Shown here: positions 35,901-48,329 of the stretch, piece by piece | Numbering within the stretch: the stretch's first letter is position 1 | Layout of the letters: every line of letters starts with the position of its first letter | Origin: Geosiphon pyriformis uo1 | Lineage: Eukaryota > Fungi > Glomeromycota | Direction: 5' to 3' | DNA length: 64,000 bases | Assembly (NCBI GenBank): GCA_016748015.1 | Contig: JAAOMT010000512.1 | Span: forward strand, 1-64,000 | Program-made: the position numbers and the translations under genes | Notes under the pieces: model-generated | What the model was told of the DNA's origin: nothing | Databases searched by the model: none | Seen by the model: only the letters and a program-made list of their open reading frames with translations

Positions 35901-36422
35901 AGACGTTTGTGCTTGTGCAAGTGAAGCTGGAAAAGGTGTGATAGTAAGTGGAAGTTTTGAACTGGTTCCTTGTTCAGGTGTTTGTAAATGTTTGGCAGTT
36001 GTTTTTGGTAGTGTTGAAGTATTTGGGGTGGTTTTTGAGTATTGCTTTAATTTGTTTTTGCTTTTATTGCTTGTTTCTGTTTCCAATTCAAAATCAATAG
36101 AGTATTGAGACTGCACTGGATATGTTTCATCACAGTATTTGATAATGTTAAAATTAAGTTTGTGAAAGTAAGTGGCAAGTGTTTTGCTGTTAAGGTTTTT
36201 AGTTCCCAACTGTGAATAGTGTGCTAAATTATTGTAAAGGTTGCTTCTAACTTCTGAGATATTGTAATTTCCAAAAAGATAATTGTTGATGCGGTTTTCA
36301 ATGTATTGGTATACTGATTTCTTAACAACTTCAATTCCATTTGGAATGTTGAATCTTTGCTTGCAGTGGGTGTAAATTGATTGGTAATACTCTAGAGTTG
36401 TTGCATCTGGTGTGGTCGCCAC
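32940..36422 (-). pseudogene. Gag-protease-Cys-rich-truncated dUTPase of copy C
   Basis: ORFs 35346-36467, 34301-34600, 33854-34297 and 32828-33589. Breaks off after AGYDL...LTK. Confidence 0.88.
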
Positions 36423-36468
36423 TTTGAATTTTGTTGTTGCTGTGTTATTTCCGTAGGAGAGCACCAAA

Positions 36469-37449
36469 TGTTACCGGAGGTTTTTGGTCTCCTTTCTTGA
36501 ATGTTGTTAATGCCTGTTTGCTGTGAATTCACGTTTCTAGGAAGTAGTTGGACCTCCAGTAACTGAATTTATCTTCAAATTATCTCCTATAATTTGAACT
36601 TGCTGGGCTTATGAGTGGAATGGCCAATTCCGTGCCAGTTGCTTTATGTAGTTACGTTGTAGTAAACATCAACTCTTTCCTAGGAATTGCTTGTTTGGAA
36701 GCTCATTAAAAATATGTAGTTACTTTGCTGTAAAAGTCAACTCTTTTACAGAAATCTTGTCTGTAGACTACCCTAATGATTGTAATAAGAAAAGAAAAGA
36801 AAAATAAAAGAAATGTAAAAGAAATAGGATTTTATCAAGGGAAACGTTTTTCTATCCAGGCCTGGAGTCACTAACAGTTTACTGAAATTGGTAGCTAATC
36901 AATTTCAAAATGTTAATTGGGTTTTGGGGATTTTCCAAGTGCAATAATTAAAGAATTTGGTTTTTTGAATTATTTGATATTTATTTCTTTTTGTGTATGT
37001 AGAAATGGTTTTAAGTGATAAATCTAAAATAAGATACATTTTCTCAAAGAGAAATGCTTTTCTTTTATACAACTTGTTGTAACACTATTCTATGAACTTG
37101 AACTTTGCTATTTTCTACAATTTTGCTGAACTAAAGATACATTTTGGCGAACTACAAGTTATTTCTGTGAACTATTAGATATTTTGGTAAACTATCAATT
37201 ATTTCAGTGAATTTTTACAAATTTCGGCAAACTTTTGAATGTTACATAGTTTGGGGTATTGCATGATTGATCATTGCAATTAGGTTACATTTGTGTTGTG
37301 TACAAATTGGGTTATTAATTTAAATAATAATTTCGGACATTTTGCTAATATAATAAGTGATAATTTGAAATGATAATATATGCTAATTAATGATAAGATT
37401 TATAAGATAATTTCATGCTAAATAATATCTCTAATTTTATCTGGTAACA
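36469..37449 (-). repeat. 5' LTR of copy C (981 bp)
   Basis: TGTTACCGGAG...CTGGTAACA on the plus strand, adjacent PBS, matches 30048-30890. Confidence 0.95.
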
Positions 37450-37481
37450 ATGGAAATAACACAGCAACAACAACTTCAAAA

Positions 37482-40400
37482 GTGGTGACTCAAACAGATT
37501 CAAAAACTCTAGAGTATTATCAGTCAATCTACACCCACTGCAAGCAGAGATTTAACATCCCAGATGGAATTGAAACATTCAAGAAAACACTTTACCAGTA
37601 CATTAAAAATCACATCAACAATTATTTTTTTGGAGACTACAATATTTCAGAAGTTAGACACAACTTATATGAAAGCTTATTACATCACTTTCGTTTAAAC
37701 ACTCAGGATTTTAACAGTCAAACACTTGAAACATATTTCCAAGAACTCAACTTTAATATCATTCAGTATTGTGAAGAGAATTATCCAGTAGAACAGAAAT
37801 TTTTTCTTGGTTTTGAATCGGAAACAGAAAAAGGAAAAAGAAAAAGGAAACAAAAACTCAGAACTACTTCCAATACACCTAAAACCACTGCCAAACATTT
37901 ACAAACTCCAGAACAAGAAACCAGCTTTAAATTACCACTCTCAATTACATCATTTCCAGCTTCACTTGCTCAACTGCAAACACCAAGCTCACCACTTATT
38001 TGGTTCTCAAGAATAAAAGATTTTCAGTCACCCAAAAGCCCTATTCAACAACAGGAACCAATATTAACTAGCACAAATCTTATTGACTACTTAGCAGAAA
38101 ATTGAAGTGAAGAGACCGAATCAGAACAAGAAACAGAAGACTCAGAAAACGAAGAAGAAATGGCCTCCACATATATCACAAAAATCTCTGAGTTCACAGG
38201 AGAAGACAGCGAAACCAGTCCTCAAGAATGGCTTGACAAAGTCTCAAAAGCAGGAGATGCAAATAGTTGGAATGCTGCCAGAATTTTAAAAGCAATTCTA
38301 TACTTCTTACAAAAAATGGCTGGTAAATGGTTTGAAAACTTGAAAGCCCCATCAGAACACTAGGAAGCATTCAAAACTGCTTTTCTAGAACAGTTCACTG
38401 ACAATAACACTTTTATCACCCTTCAAAATTGGTTCCAAAATATCAAGCAAGAACCAAGTGAATCAGTTATGACCTATCTTGGGAAATTCAACAAACTGCT
38501 TAGAAGAATTTGGCAATTGGAAACCAATGAATACTATTCCAATGCACAAATCTTGGATCAATTCATTGCTGGATTAAAAGACAAACTTATCAAAAAAGTT
38601 TGCCCACATGTATCAGAAGATTTAGCCACTGCTATTCAACAAGCAAAAAACTATGAAATGGCCATGGAAGAAGCCAACTGTACCAAACTTGTTAATCTGG
38701 CTATTGAAGAAACCAGCTCAGCAGTTGAAAAAAAGATTGACCAATTAATCAAAAAAGTTGAAAACTACTTTACCAACCAACAACAACAACAGTAACCCCA
38801 AAGATATCAACCACCCCAAAGACAAAATCAAAATAACTTCACACCACTTTCTAATAACCAGCCTCAAAATTGCTATTACTGTGAAAATCCTGGCCACTGG
38901 AAAAGAGATTGCAGAAAACTACAACAAGACCAACAAAATAGGAGTAATCAACATTACCCTCGACCACAGCAATTTTATTATCAACCACTACCACCAGCTT
39001 ACTATCTACCAAAATCCCAATACCAAAGTAACTATTATTAGCCTGCCCTACAGCCAATTCAACAGCAATACCAACAACCACTCACACAACATTATCAAGT
39101 GCCTGCTCGAAGATTGATTCCGCAAAATCAGTTCACACCACAAAACCAATACCAAGTAAACAACAATAAAATTAATTCAAACAACCAATTAGTTCTCCAA
39201 AATTCAGCTCAACCAAAACCCAACCACTATCATACTCAACCTAGTTATCTTATGATACCAGAAGAACAGAATTTTCACCATACTGCACTCTTAGAAGATA
39301 GAGCTGCAGTACAACAACAAAACCCTTCCTATACTCTTATCACAATCCCACCAGCCAGAATTGCTGAAAATGCCAACCTTTCAGATATATTCTCTTTCGA
39401 ATTTGAAGCAAATGAATTACCATTCTTGCTTAGCAATGCAGTGGCTAATGAGCAAAAAGCCATCACTGCAATATACACAGAAGCTGAAGCAGAAAGAAAG
39501 CCAATTTGCTTGATTCTAGACAGTAGATCTACTGGAAGCATCATCACATATCAATTAATACAGCAGCTAAAAAAAAATGTTGACCAACCAGCTCAGACAA
39601 TCATTGTCACTGCTGATGGCATGAAAAAGACTCCAGTAAGAGAAATTAACAACTTCCCATTTACAATTGACAGAATTCCCATTTCAGTCAAAGTTCTGGT
39701 CATGGATGCTCCCCAATATCAAGCTCTCATCAGAAATGATTGGCTTCAAAAAGCCAATGCTAATCTGAATTGGGAAACACAAGAATTAACAATCTCTTAC
39801 CAAGGACAACATGCCCAGGTATTTTCTACTTATGGTACATTCAACAAATGCTCTGAAAAAGCCCTGGCTTTTGAATTCAAACTGGAAGAAGAAAAACCCA
39901 TTATTGAAACATTTATGGCACTTGGATCAACTTCCAATTGGGCTGATGAAACTGAACAACAGTATTTTTCAACAAATAATTCTCTTGAAACAAAAGAACC
40001 AGTGACACCTGGATGGAATGTCCCCTATTCAAAACCAGAATCACAAAAATAACACCCTTACATTCCACTCAAATGCAAAGATTGCCACAAGAAACTTTCA
40101 TTAATGGGAGCTTGTATTTCACCTGAAGAAGAATATGGAAACTATATCTGTTACTATTGCAAATCCTGCCACCAAGAATGATAGGGACACCTAGTCAAAA
40201 GAAGTGGAAAATGGGATGGAATGCCCTGTTTAACTTATGGAGAACAATTACTTGATGAATGTAACTGGATTGATGTTGCATTCAGAGAAAGAGTCTGCGA
40301 TCAAACATGCCAATATGCCCTTTTAATCTCAGAAAAAGTAACAAAAGAAACCCCTTTTGATGCTGCTTACAACAGTGCCCTCAACAAACTGTACCATTAT

Positions 40401-43066
40401 TCTCATGATGCCAAAATGATTTTTGATCTAGCAATGGCTTTAATCAATGGAGCCACTCAAGAAAATGTTTGTCAAATGAAAGAATCAGAATACATTGCAT
40501 ATACCTTTAAAATTGCTGGATACAACTATGAAGATGAAGTAAAAGTATATCACCAAATTGCCAGTCACACTTACCCGACCAAAAAAGCTCAAGCCCAACA
40601 GCTAGAACAAATGAACATTAAATTGTGTAAAGAATACATAATGCCTTGTGACGAGCAATGGTGCTCTGAATGCTATGCTCTTAGCATTCTCCTGCCCATT
40701 GAAAATGATAAAAACAAAATTGAATTTGGAGAACCTGAAGCAACAGAAGAAATTGAAGCAACACCCATCTATCTCATCAAAAATCAGCCTGCCTTACAAC
40801 TCAAATACTTCAACAACAATGAACAAGGAATAAAACCCAAAAAAGCACATGAAATTGATGCTAAATATGACCTAAGATATTCAGACAAAGATACTCTTGT
40901 TCTCAAACCCAAATCTCTCACAAAAATCAATCTCAAAATTGCCCTCGAAATTCTGCTAGGAGCAATAGTTCAAATTGCCTCCCAGTCCTCTCTGGCAAGC
41001 AAAGGAATCAATGTCAGAGGAGGAATAATCAATGCTGGATATACTGGTGACATAACAGTAATACTCCAAAATGAAACTAATAAACCTTTCAAAATTGAAC
41101 ATGCCGAAAAAATTGCCAAAGTATCTATTTACCCTTAATCAACATTTTGGGTTTACAGTTAGTCAATCAAAGAGAACAATTGGGAAAAAATGAAAAAGGA
41201 ACACAAGATTTTGGTTCAACTGAATGATTCACAGTTCCAGTAAACATAGCTCTCAATGAACAAAATGAGTCTCACTAGATTTTATGCCTTCCCCAACCAA
41301 TCACTATTTTACCTTTCAAAGAACACCCCGAAATCTATATCTGCCCAAAGCCAACAACCACCCAACAAATTTTTGAGTTTAATAAACGAATCTGCTTGAA
41401 ACATAATATCTCAATTCCAAATATTTACATCCCAGAAAAAACAAAGAAAGTCTGAGTTACTTTTTACAACCCCAATAATTACCTCATAGTTTTATTAAAT
41501 AACTTAGAAATTGGAGTTATTTACAGTAATATTTTTCAACAAGAATTACCCCAAACAGTCCCCAATTTTCCTGAAATTATTGGACATTCACTACCAAAAA
41601 TCAATCCAAAACCCAGCTCTAAAAACTACCATGTTGTCATGAAAAAACTATTTTGAATCAACATGAGACAACTTGAACTACAGCAACAAAGCCAGTTCAA
41701 AGAGCTAATTGCAAAATTTGCCGATATCTTTGCCAAAAACAACAATGACTTAGGAAGAACTGATTTGGTCCAACACCAAATCTATACAGGAGATGCCAAA
41801 CTAAAGCGACAGCAAGCCTACCAAGTTGCTTCAGAAAGTCACCAATTTATTTGTGAAAAAGTACAACGGATGCTCAACAATGGGCTTATTCAACCATCAA
41901 TGAGTCCATGGGCTTCACCTGTGGTCTTAGTTAAAAAGAAAAATGGAAAGATACAATTTTGTGTTGATTATTGACAACTCAACAGTATCACTATTGGAGA
42001 TGCCTATCCCCTTCCCCAAATTGATGATATGTTGAATGCCCTTGGAAAAGCCAAATACTTTTCAACATTAGATCTAGAAAGCGAATACTGGCAAGTTGCC
42101 ATGGACCCCAAAGATTGTCCCAAAACAGCCTTCACAACCCAAGGAAAAAATTATGAATTCAATGTAATGTCTTTTGGATTATGCAATGTACCAGCAACAT
42201 TTCAAAGATTAATGAATATTGTATACAAAAGACTTCTTTAAAAGTCAGTAGTCATTTATCTTGATGATATTGATGTTTATTCTTCATCATTCAAATTACA
42301 CTTAAAACACCTGCAAGAAGTTTTTTAATGATTATGAAAAGCAGGACTGAAACTCAACATCAAAAAATGCTACTTTGGAAAAACAAGCTTGGCCTTTTTT
42401 GGTCATATTGTTAGTAAAGATGGAATCAAACTGGACTTTGGAAAAATTAGCACTGTTAAAAACTTCAAAACTCTTCAAAACACTACAGAACTAAGAGGAT
42501 TCATAGGGTTAGTCTCCTACTATTGGAAGTTTATTAAAAGATTCTCAGAAATCGCAAAACCTCTCAACCAGCTTACCACCAAAAACATCAAATACAAATG
42601 GACTGCTGAACACCAAAACACATTTGAAATCCTTAAAGAAAAATTAATAACAGCTCCAATTCTCACCTACTCAGATTTCAGCAACCAATTCCAGTTAGCA
42701 ACAGATGTTTTTTATACTGCCTTTGGTGCCATCCTATTACAGTTAGATGACAATGGAAATGAGTGAGTAATTGCTTATGCTAGCCGAACATTAAAACCAG
42801 CCAAAAAAAACTACTCTGCAACAGAATTAGAAACTGCAGCAGTAATCTGGGCCCTATATTACTTCAATCTTTATCTCAGACCCAAAGAATTCGATATTAT
42901 CACTAATAATATTGGACTCAAATGGCTTCAGAACAAAAACACTCAGCTGAATGCAAAACAAACCCAATAGACAGAATTTTTAGCCAACTACCAATATATT
43001 ATACACCACAAACTAAGAAAACTCCATACCAACGTTGATTGTCTCTTAAGAATAAGACAAGATTAG
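37482..43066 (+). pseudogene. Gag-protease-Cys-rich-dUTPase-RT-RNaseH polyprotein of copy B
   Basis: Same motifs as copy A, with one copy-specific 1-nt deletion near 41120. dUTPase ~40788-41224. Ends ...NVDCL.RIRQD TAG at 43064-43066. Confidence 0.93.
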
Positions 43067-43112
43067 AATACAAAACCAACACCCATTTGAATTAACAACA
43101 AAACAACAAACA

Positions 43113-44447
43113 ATGAATCCCAAAAACTACAACAATCTTAAACAATATTTGAAGACATTAACAATCCCAACAGATTGGTTCTCAGATAAAAAACATTGAT
43201 TACAACAACAAGCCAAACAATACTTCTTACACAATAACATGATTTATTATTGAAACTTCAGAAACCCAGACAATCCACTCAGATTAATACAAGAACATGA
43301 AAAAGAAACCATTTTATATAACATGTACTCAGACCCTTTATCAGCACACCTAGGAAAAGACAGCATCATCCAGAGAACACTAGAATATTATTTTTGGCCT
43401 CAAATGAGAAAAGACATTCATAAATACGTTAAGTCTTGTAATAGTTGTCAAAGAAGAAAAGGAACTCGTCCTACAGAACTTTTAAACCCAATCAAAATTG
43501 GACAGCTTTTGGATTGAGTAAGTATTGATTTAGTCGGACCACTCCTTATCACAAACCAAAGAAACCGTTATATTGCAGTAGCTGTAGACTATTTCACCAA
43601 ATGGCTTGAAGCCAGAGCCATTCAATAAGCAGATGCAAAATCAGTAGCAAACTTCATTTACGAAGACATCATTTGTAGACATAAATGTCCAATAGAACTT
43701 TTATCTGATCAAGGAACACATTTCATGAACAATTTAATTCAGGAAATTTGTGGAGGATTTAATATCAAGAGACCATTATTTTCACCCTACTATCTACAAA
43801 CAAATGGATTTGTAGAATGTTTCAACAAAACATTATGTAAATTATTAGCCAAAGTCTCAACCGATTTTGAGCAAGAATAGGATCTCTTTATTCCATCAGT
43901 ATTACTAGCATATAGAACACTAAAACAAGATACCACAAAACACACACCATTTGATTTAACTTACAGAAGGACAGCAACATTACCAATTAGTTTCACAATG
44001 AAAACATATCCAGTACAACTAATTAATAAAGACAACTTTCAGAAAACACTATAATGAAGAGCCTACACTCTGCTTAGCACATTGGAAAGAAAACAATGAA
44101 TAGCAGCCACCCATATTAAACACTCCCAAGCTCAACAAAAAGAACAGCATGACAACAAATTGCCTCCAGTTACCAATGGATTTAAAATCGGAAACAAAGT
44201 TCTCTTACACAAAACTAAAGCTGAAAAACAATGGAGTGGAAAATTTGAAAATAAATGGGATGAACCATTCTTTATCCATGAAGTCCTAGGCAACGGATCA
44301 TACAAGCTAAGACTTGATGACAAAATCCTAGCAAAAGTTGTACATGGAGATTGTTTGAAACACTATAATTTCAGAAACAATCTTGAACCATTAATTTCAC
44401 AAATTGATACACATTCCCCTTTAATCAATCCCGAAGATATTCCCTGA
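43113..44447 (+). pseudogene. Stand-alone integrase ORF of copy B
   Basis: ACAATG start 46 nt after the RNaseH stop, in the +1 frame. H2C2, rve and C-terminal motifs, 1335 nt. Confidence 0.9.
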
Positions 44448-44620
44448 AATTTAGAACCAATAGTTGTCATTGAACAACCTCCCAACTTGAACACTTAACT
44501 TAAATTTATTATTATAGTTATCTCCTTATAATTTAAAAACAACTTCACAAAAACAAAGCAAAAATAACATAAAAACTCATACACCAAAAATAATTTTCTT
44601 TTATTTTCAAATCTCTTATA

Positions 44621-45232
44621 ATAACTATTTCTCAAAACATTTAACAATTATCTCAAAAACTAATGTTAGCTTTAAAAACAATACCCGAATTATTCATTAC
44701 TGTTACTGGAAACCACATTAATTATACCCAAACAGAAGTAGTTATAAATTTAGCCCCAAATTCATGAAAATATCACTCATATAAGAAGAACACAAAAAGT
44801 TATTCTGGAATTCCTCTGCCAGAACTTTTAAAGCTTGCTTTAAGAGAAAACTTAATGCTCATTCCTATTAGTATTCTACCAAATGCTACTATTCAACAAA
44901 AACTTCAACTGTGTCTTAATGAAAAAAACTATGACTATACTCCAATATATAGATATTTCTACATTGGAAAAACACTTCACAAACAAAAATGGAAGCTTAC
45001 AGCAGCAAACTTCACAAAAAAAGCTATTCAGAAACAACTTCACAATGAATTCAAGACAACAGCTGGACCTACAAACAGTTGTTATAAACTAAGAGCTGCT
45101 CTTAGACTTTATGACCTATTCCACACCTGTGAAAACGTCCTACAAAACCCAATTTTACAGTCTTTGAAGATTCAATACATTGGAAAGCTCACAGAACTGA
45201 AATTTCAACAATTTTCAGACCAAATTTTTTAA
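44621..45232 (+). pseudogene. ORF3 of copy B (~203 aa, unknown function)
   Basis: In frame with ORF 44855-45232. The start has decayed to ATA and there are two stops. The N-half is homologous to 30911-31171. Confidence 0.75.
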
Positions 45233-45294
45233 TAATTTTGGATTATTATTTGGAAATTACAGACAGTACTTGGACTTCGATGGAGCTCAGTCTT

Positions 45295-45304
45295 GAAGAA
45301 GAGA
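45295..45304 (+). other. Polypurine tract of copy B
   Basis: GAAGAAGAGA ends 3 nt before the 3' LTR. Confidence 0.75.
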
Positions 45305-45307
45305 TTA

Positions 45308-46288
45308 TGTTACCAAATAAAATTAGAGATATTGTTTAGCATGAAATTACCCTTATAAATCTTATCATTAATTAGCATATATTATCGTTTCAAATTATCA
45401 CTTATTACATTAGCAAAATGTCTGAAATTATCATTTAAATTAATAACCCAATTTGTACACAACACAAATGTAACCTAATTGCAATGATCAATTATGCAAT
45501 ACCCCAAATTATGTAACATTCAAAAGTTCACTGAAATTTGTAGAAATTTGCCGAAATAATTAATAGTTCACTGAAATATCTAATAGTTTGCAGAAATAAC
45601 TTGTAGTTTGCCAAAATGTATCTTTAGTTCAGCAAAATTGTAAAAAATAGCAAAGTTTAAGTTCATAAAATAGTGTTATAACAAGTTGTATAAAAGAAGA
45701 GCATCTCTCTTTGAGAAAATATATCTTACTTTAGATTTATCACTTAAAACCATTCCTATGTATACAAAAAGAAATAAATATCAAATAATTTGAAAAACCA
45801 AATTCTTTAATTATTGCATTTGGAAAATCCCCAAAACCCAACTAACATTTTGAAATTGATTAGCTACCAATTTCAGTAAACTGTTAATGACTCCAGGCCT
45901 AGATAAAAAAACGTTTCCCTTGATAAAATTCTATTTTTTTTACATTTTTTTTATTTTTCTTTTTTTTTCTTATTACAATCATTAGGATAGCCTACAGACA
46001 AAATTCTTGTAAAAAAGTTGACTTTTACAGCAAAGTAACTACACATTTTTAGTGAGCTTCCAGATGAGCAATTCCTGGGAAAAAGTTGACATTTACTACA
46101 ACGTAACTACACAAAGCAACTGGCACAGAATTGGCCATTCTACTTATAAGCCCAGCAGTTCAAATTATAGAAAATAATTTGAAGATAAATTCAGTTATTG
46201 GAGGTTTAATTACTTCTAGAAAACGTGAATTTGCAACCAACAGACAGTTACAACATTCAAGAAAAGAGACCAAAAACCTCTGGTAACA
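45308..46288 (+). repeat. 3' LTR of copy B (981 bp)
   Basis: TGTTACC...TCTGGTAACA. Confidence 0.95.
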
Positions 46289-46363
46289 CCAAAGAAAAAA
46301 AAATTTTTCTTACTTCCTTTTCCTTTTATATTTTCAACTATTTCTTTAGATGTATCTTTATTC

Positions 46364-48329
46364 ATGGACATGGAACTGGCGAGTCTTGTTGCTAGTGGCT
46401 CTGGTTCTACTTCTGCTGGTTTGAGAACCCAGCCTGATATAAAAAAAAAGAGAGTTAATAGTGTGTACTCTCATAATGCATCTTACAAGAAACTTAGGAA
46501 TCTTAAAGTCGACATCAGAGTGGTAGATTTATCTGCTGGCCTGCTGGGCCTGGCCAATATTGGTGATGTTAATGGTAAGTTTTTAAGATCTTGGGGCAGT
46601 GAAATGAAAAGTGAGGTAAGTAGCATGAGCAGCCTATCGGACTTAGAGAACCTAAAAAATACCATCACTGAGAAAACTAGTTATGTTGACTTGGACACTT
46701 CTGTGGTTGATAACATGGAGGATGACACAACTCTTAGGAAAACATGTATTTGCACATATATGTTAGGTAAACCCCCAAAGACTCTCTTGTTCAACGTTTT
46801 GAGTAATAATGATGATATGGTGGCTTTTCTATCTTTTAAGTTCACAGGCTCCAAAAAATTACATTTATCAGGTCATGTGCATCGGAAAAATGCATTTTTA
46901 ATCCTGTTAAGTCTTTCACATTGGATATTGGAATTTCTGCCTTGCCTGACAAAACTATTGGTAACAAGTTAATTGCTGTGAAAAAGCTATTCTATCAAGT
47001 CAACAGTTTTGGGAGTGCATCTGCTCTTTCGAAGTTCCCAGACATCATTAGATCTTTTTTTATTTCTGAATTGAGTTTAATCAAGGCCAAGGAATTGGCA
47101 GTCAGTAAGAAAATTCTGGTAAATATTAATGTTAGGAAATCAAACATCTATTTAAATCAGAAAGTGATAGTCAAGGAGATCCTAGTGGATTTTCCCAGAT
47201 CAGTGATTGAGTCAGTCTTTTCTAAGTTTGGTTATGTAATTTTAATTAGGATGCAACTGATTGGGCTTTGGCAAAAAGCTTTAATAGAATTTAAGTCATC
47301 AGATGTGGGTAGCTTGGTTGCTTCCAAATGGTCAGTTCTTGTGAGTAAAGATTTTGTTTGTGTGGCATTGGCATTAAATGACAAGAATTTGTGAGTGGCC
47401 AGAGATTGTCATCAGGCTTGGTTGTACACACTTTCAATTGGCACTACTGCTCATGATTTGTCAGATTTGGTAAACTCTTATGGTGAAAAGACTTGTTTTA
47501 TTGGCCGTAATCCCAGCTTTTATGTATATAATAGGTGTGCAATTGTGTGTTTTGCTGATAAAGCAACCAAATCAGCTGCTATCAGTTCTGTTTCTGTTTA
47601 TAAGAGTGTGAATTTGCATTGGGCTGGTCTTTCTTTGGCTCATTGTGCCAAGTATGAGTGTTTTGGTCATATTTCTGATATGTGTCTGGTTGGTGAGAAT
47701 TCTGAAGTTCATCATAGGCAGGTAGTATCTTCTTAAAATCAGATTTGTTTGGCTAATATTTATAAGAAAAAACAGGCTCCAGTTGTCTGTCTGGTATTTT
47801 TTGGTAGGAAAACTTGGGCACAAGTTGCTAGTGGTTTATCTTTTTGTGTGTTTTCGTCAGTTCCTTTTGGTGCTGATTCAACTTTAAGTGCGAAGCCTTT
47901 GGTAGTGGCTTCCGACTCTCTTAATAATTCTGGTTTGACTAACTGCATGGCTTCTCTGGAGTGCTCTATGGAGATCTTATTAGATCAAGTTTCTGAAATT
48001 CTAAGAAAATTAAGCTTTGTGGAATTAGTGCCAATTTCTTCTTCTTTTTGTGTTATTCTCCCTGTTGTTGCTTCTTTTATGGGCTCAGATTTGAATTTGG
48101 ATATGGCTGTGGATAGTGTAATAGTGCTTTGCTTTTTCCATCTCTTTCTCTAGTGGTTGAGAATGCCATTTCTGAACTAAGCTTGAGCAGCTCAAAGGTT
48201 TTTATTACCAAGGTGAGTAGTTTGGAATTAATGATAATGGCTCTGGAGATATTGGTTAGTTTGGTTTTGACAAGATTGAACTCTTTGTGTTCTGGTTTGG
48301 GTTCATTGGCTCTTTTTCCATCTCAATGA
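46364..48329 (+). pseudogene. LINE ORF1 remnant
   Basis: MQLIGLWQKA, SKWSVLV.KD, LYTL..GTTAHDL, CAKYECFGHISDMC. Ends SQ* like copy 1. Confidence 0.85.

Larger units (their letters stand above)
30048..37449 (-). mobile_element. Ty3/Gypsy copy C, nested antisense in copy B, lacking RT/RNaseH
   Basis: LTRs 30048-30890 (gap-truncated) and 36469-37449. TSD ACAG (30044-30047) / ATGG (37450-37453), both derived from ancestral ACGG. Contains gag-PR-Cys-half dUTPase, then IN and ORF3. Confidence 0.93.
29047..46288 (+). mobile_element. Ty3/Gypsy copy B (outer element, full length), carrying nested copy C
   Basis: LTRs 29047-30029 and 45308-46288, PBS 30032-30047, PPT before 45308, TSD CCGA (29043-29046) / CCAA (46289-46292). 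Confidence 0.95.

Noticed and set aside
44160-44447. Chromodomain at the integrase C-terminus
   Set aside because: The ORF ends shortly after the GPF/SH3-like region, and no chromodomain motif is visible.
44621-45232. ORF3 as a retroviral env
   Set aside because: Too short, with no signal peptide, furin site or transmembrane segment evident.
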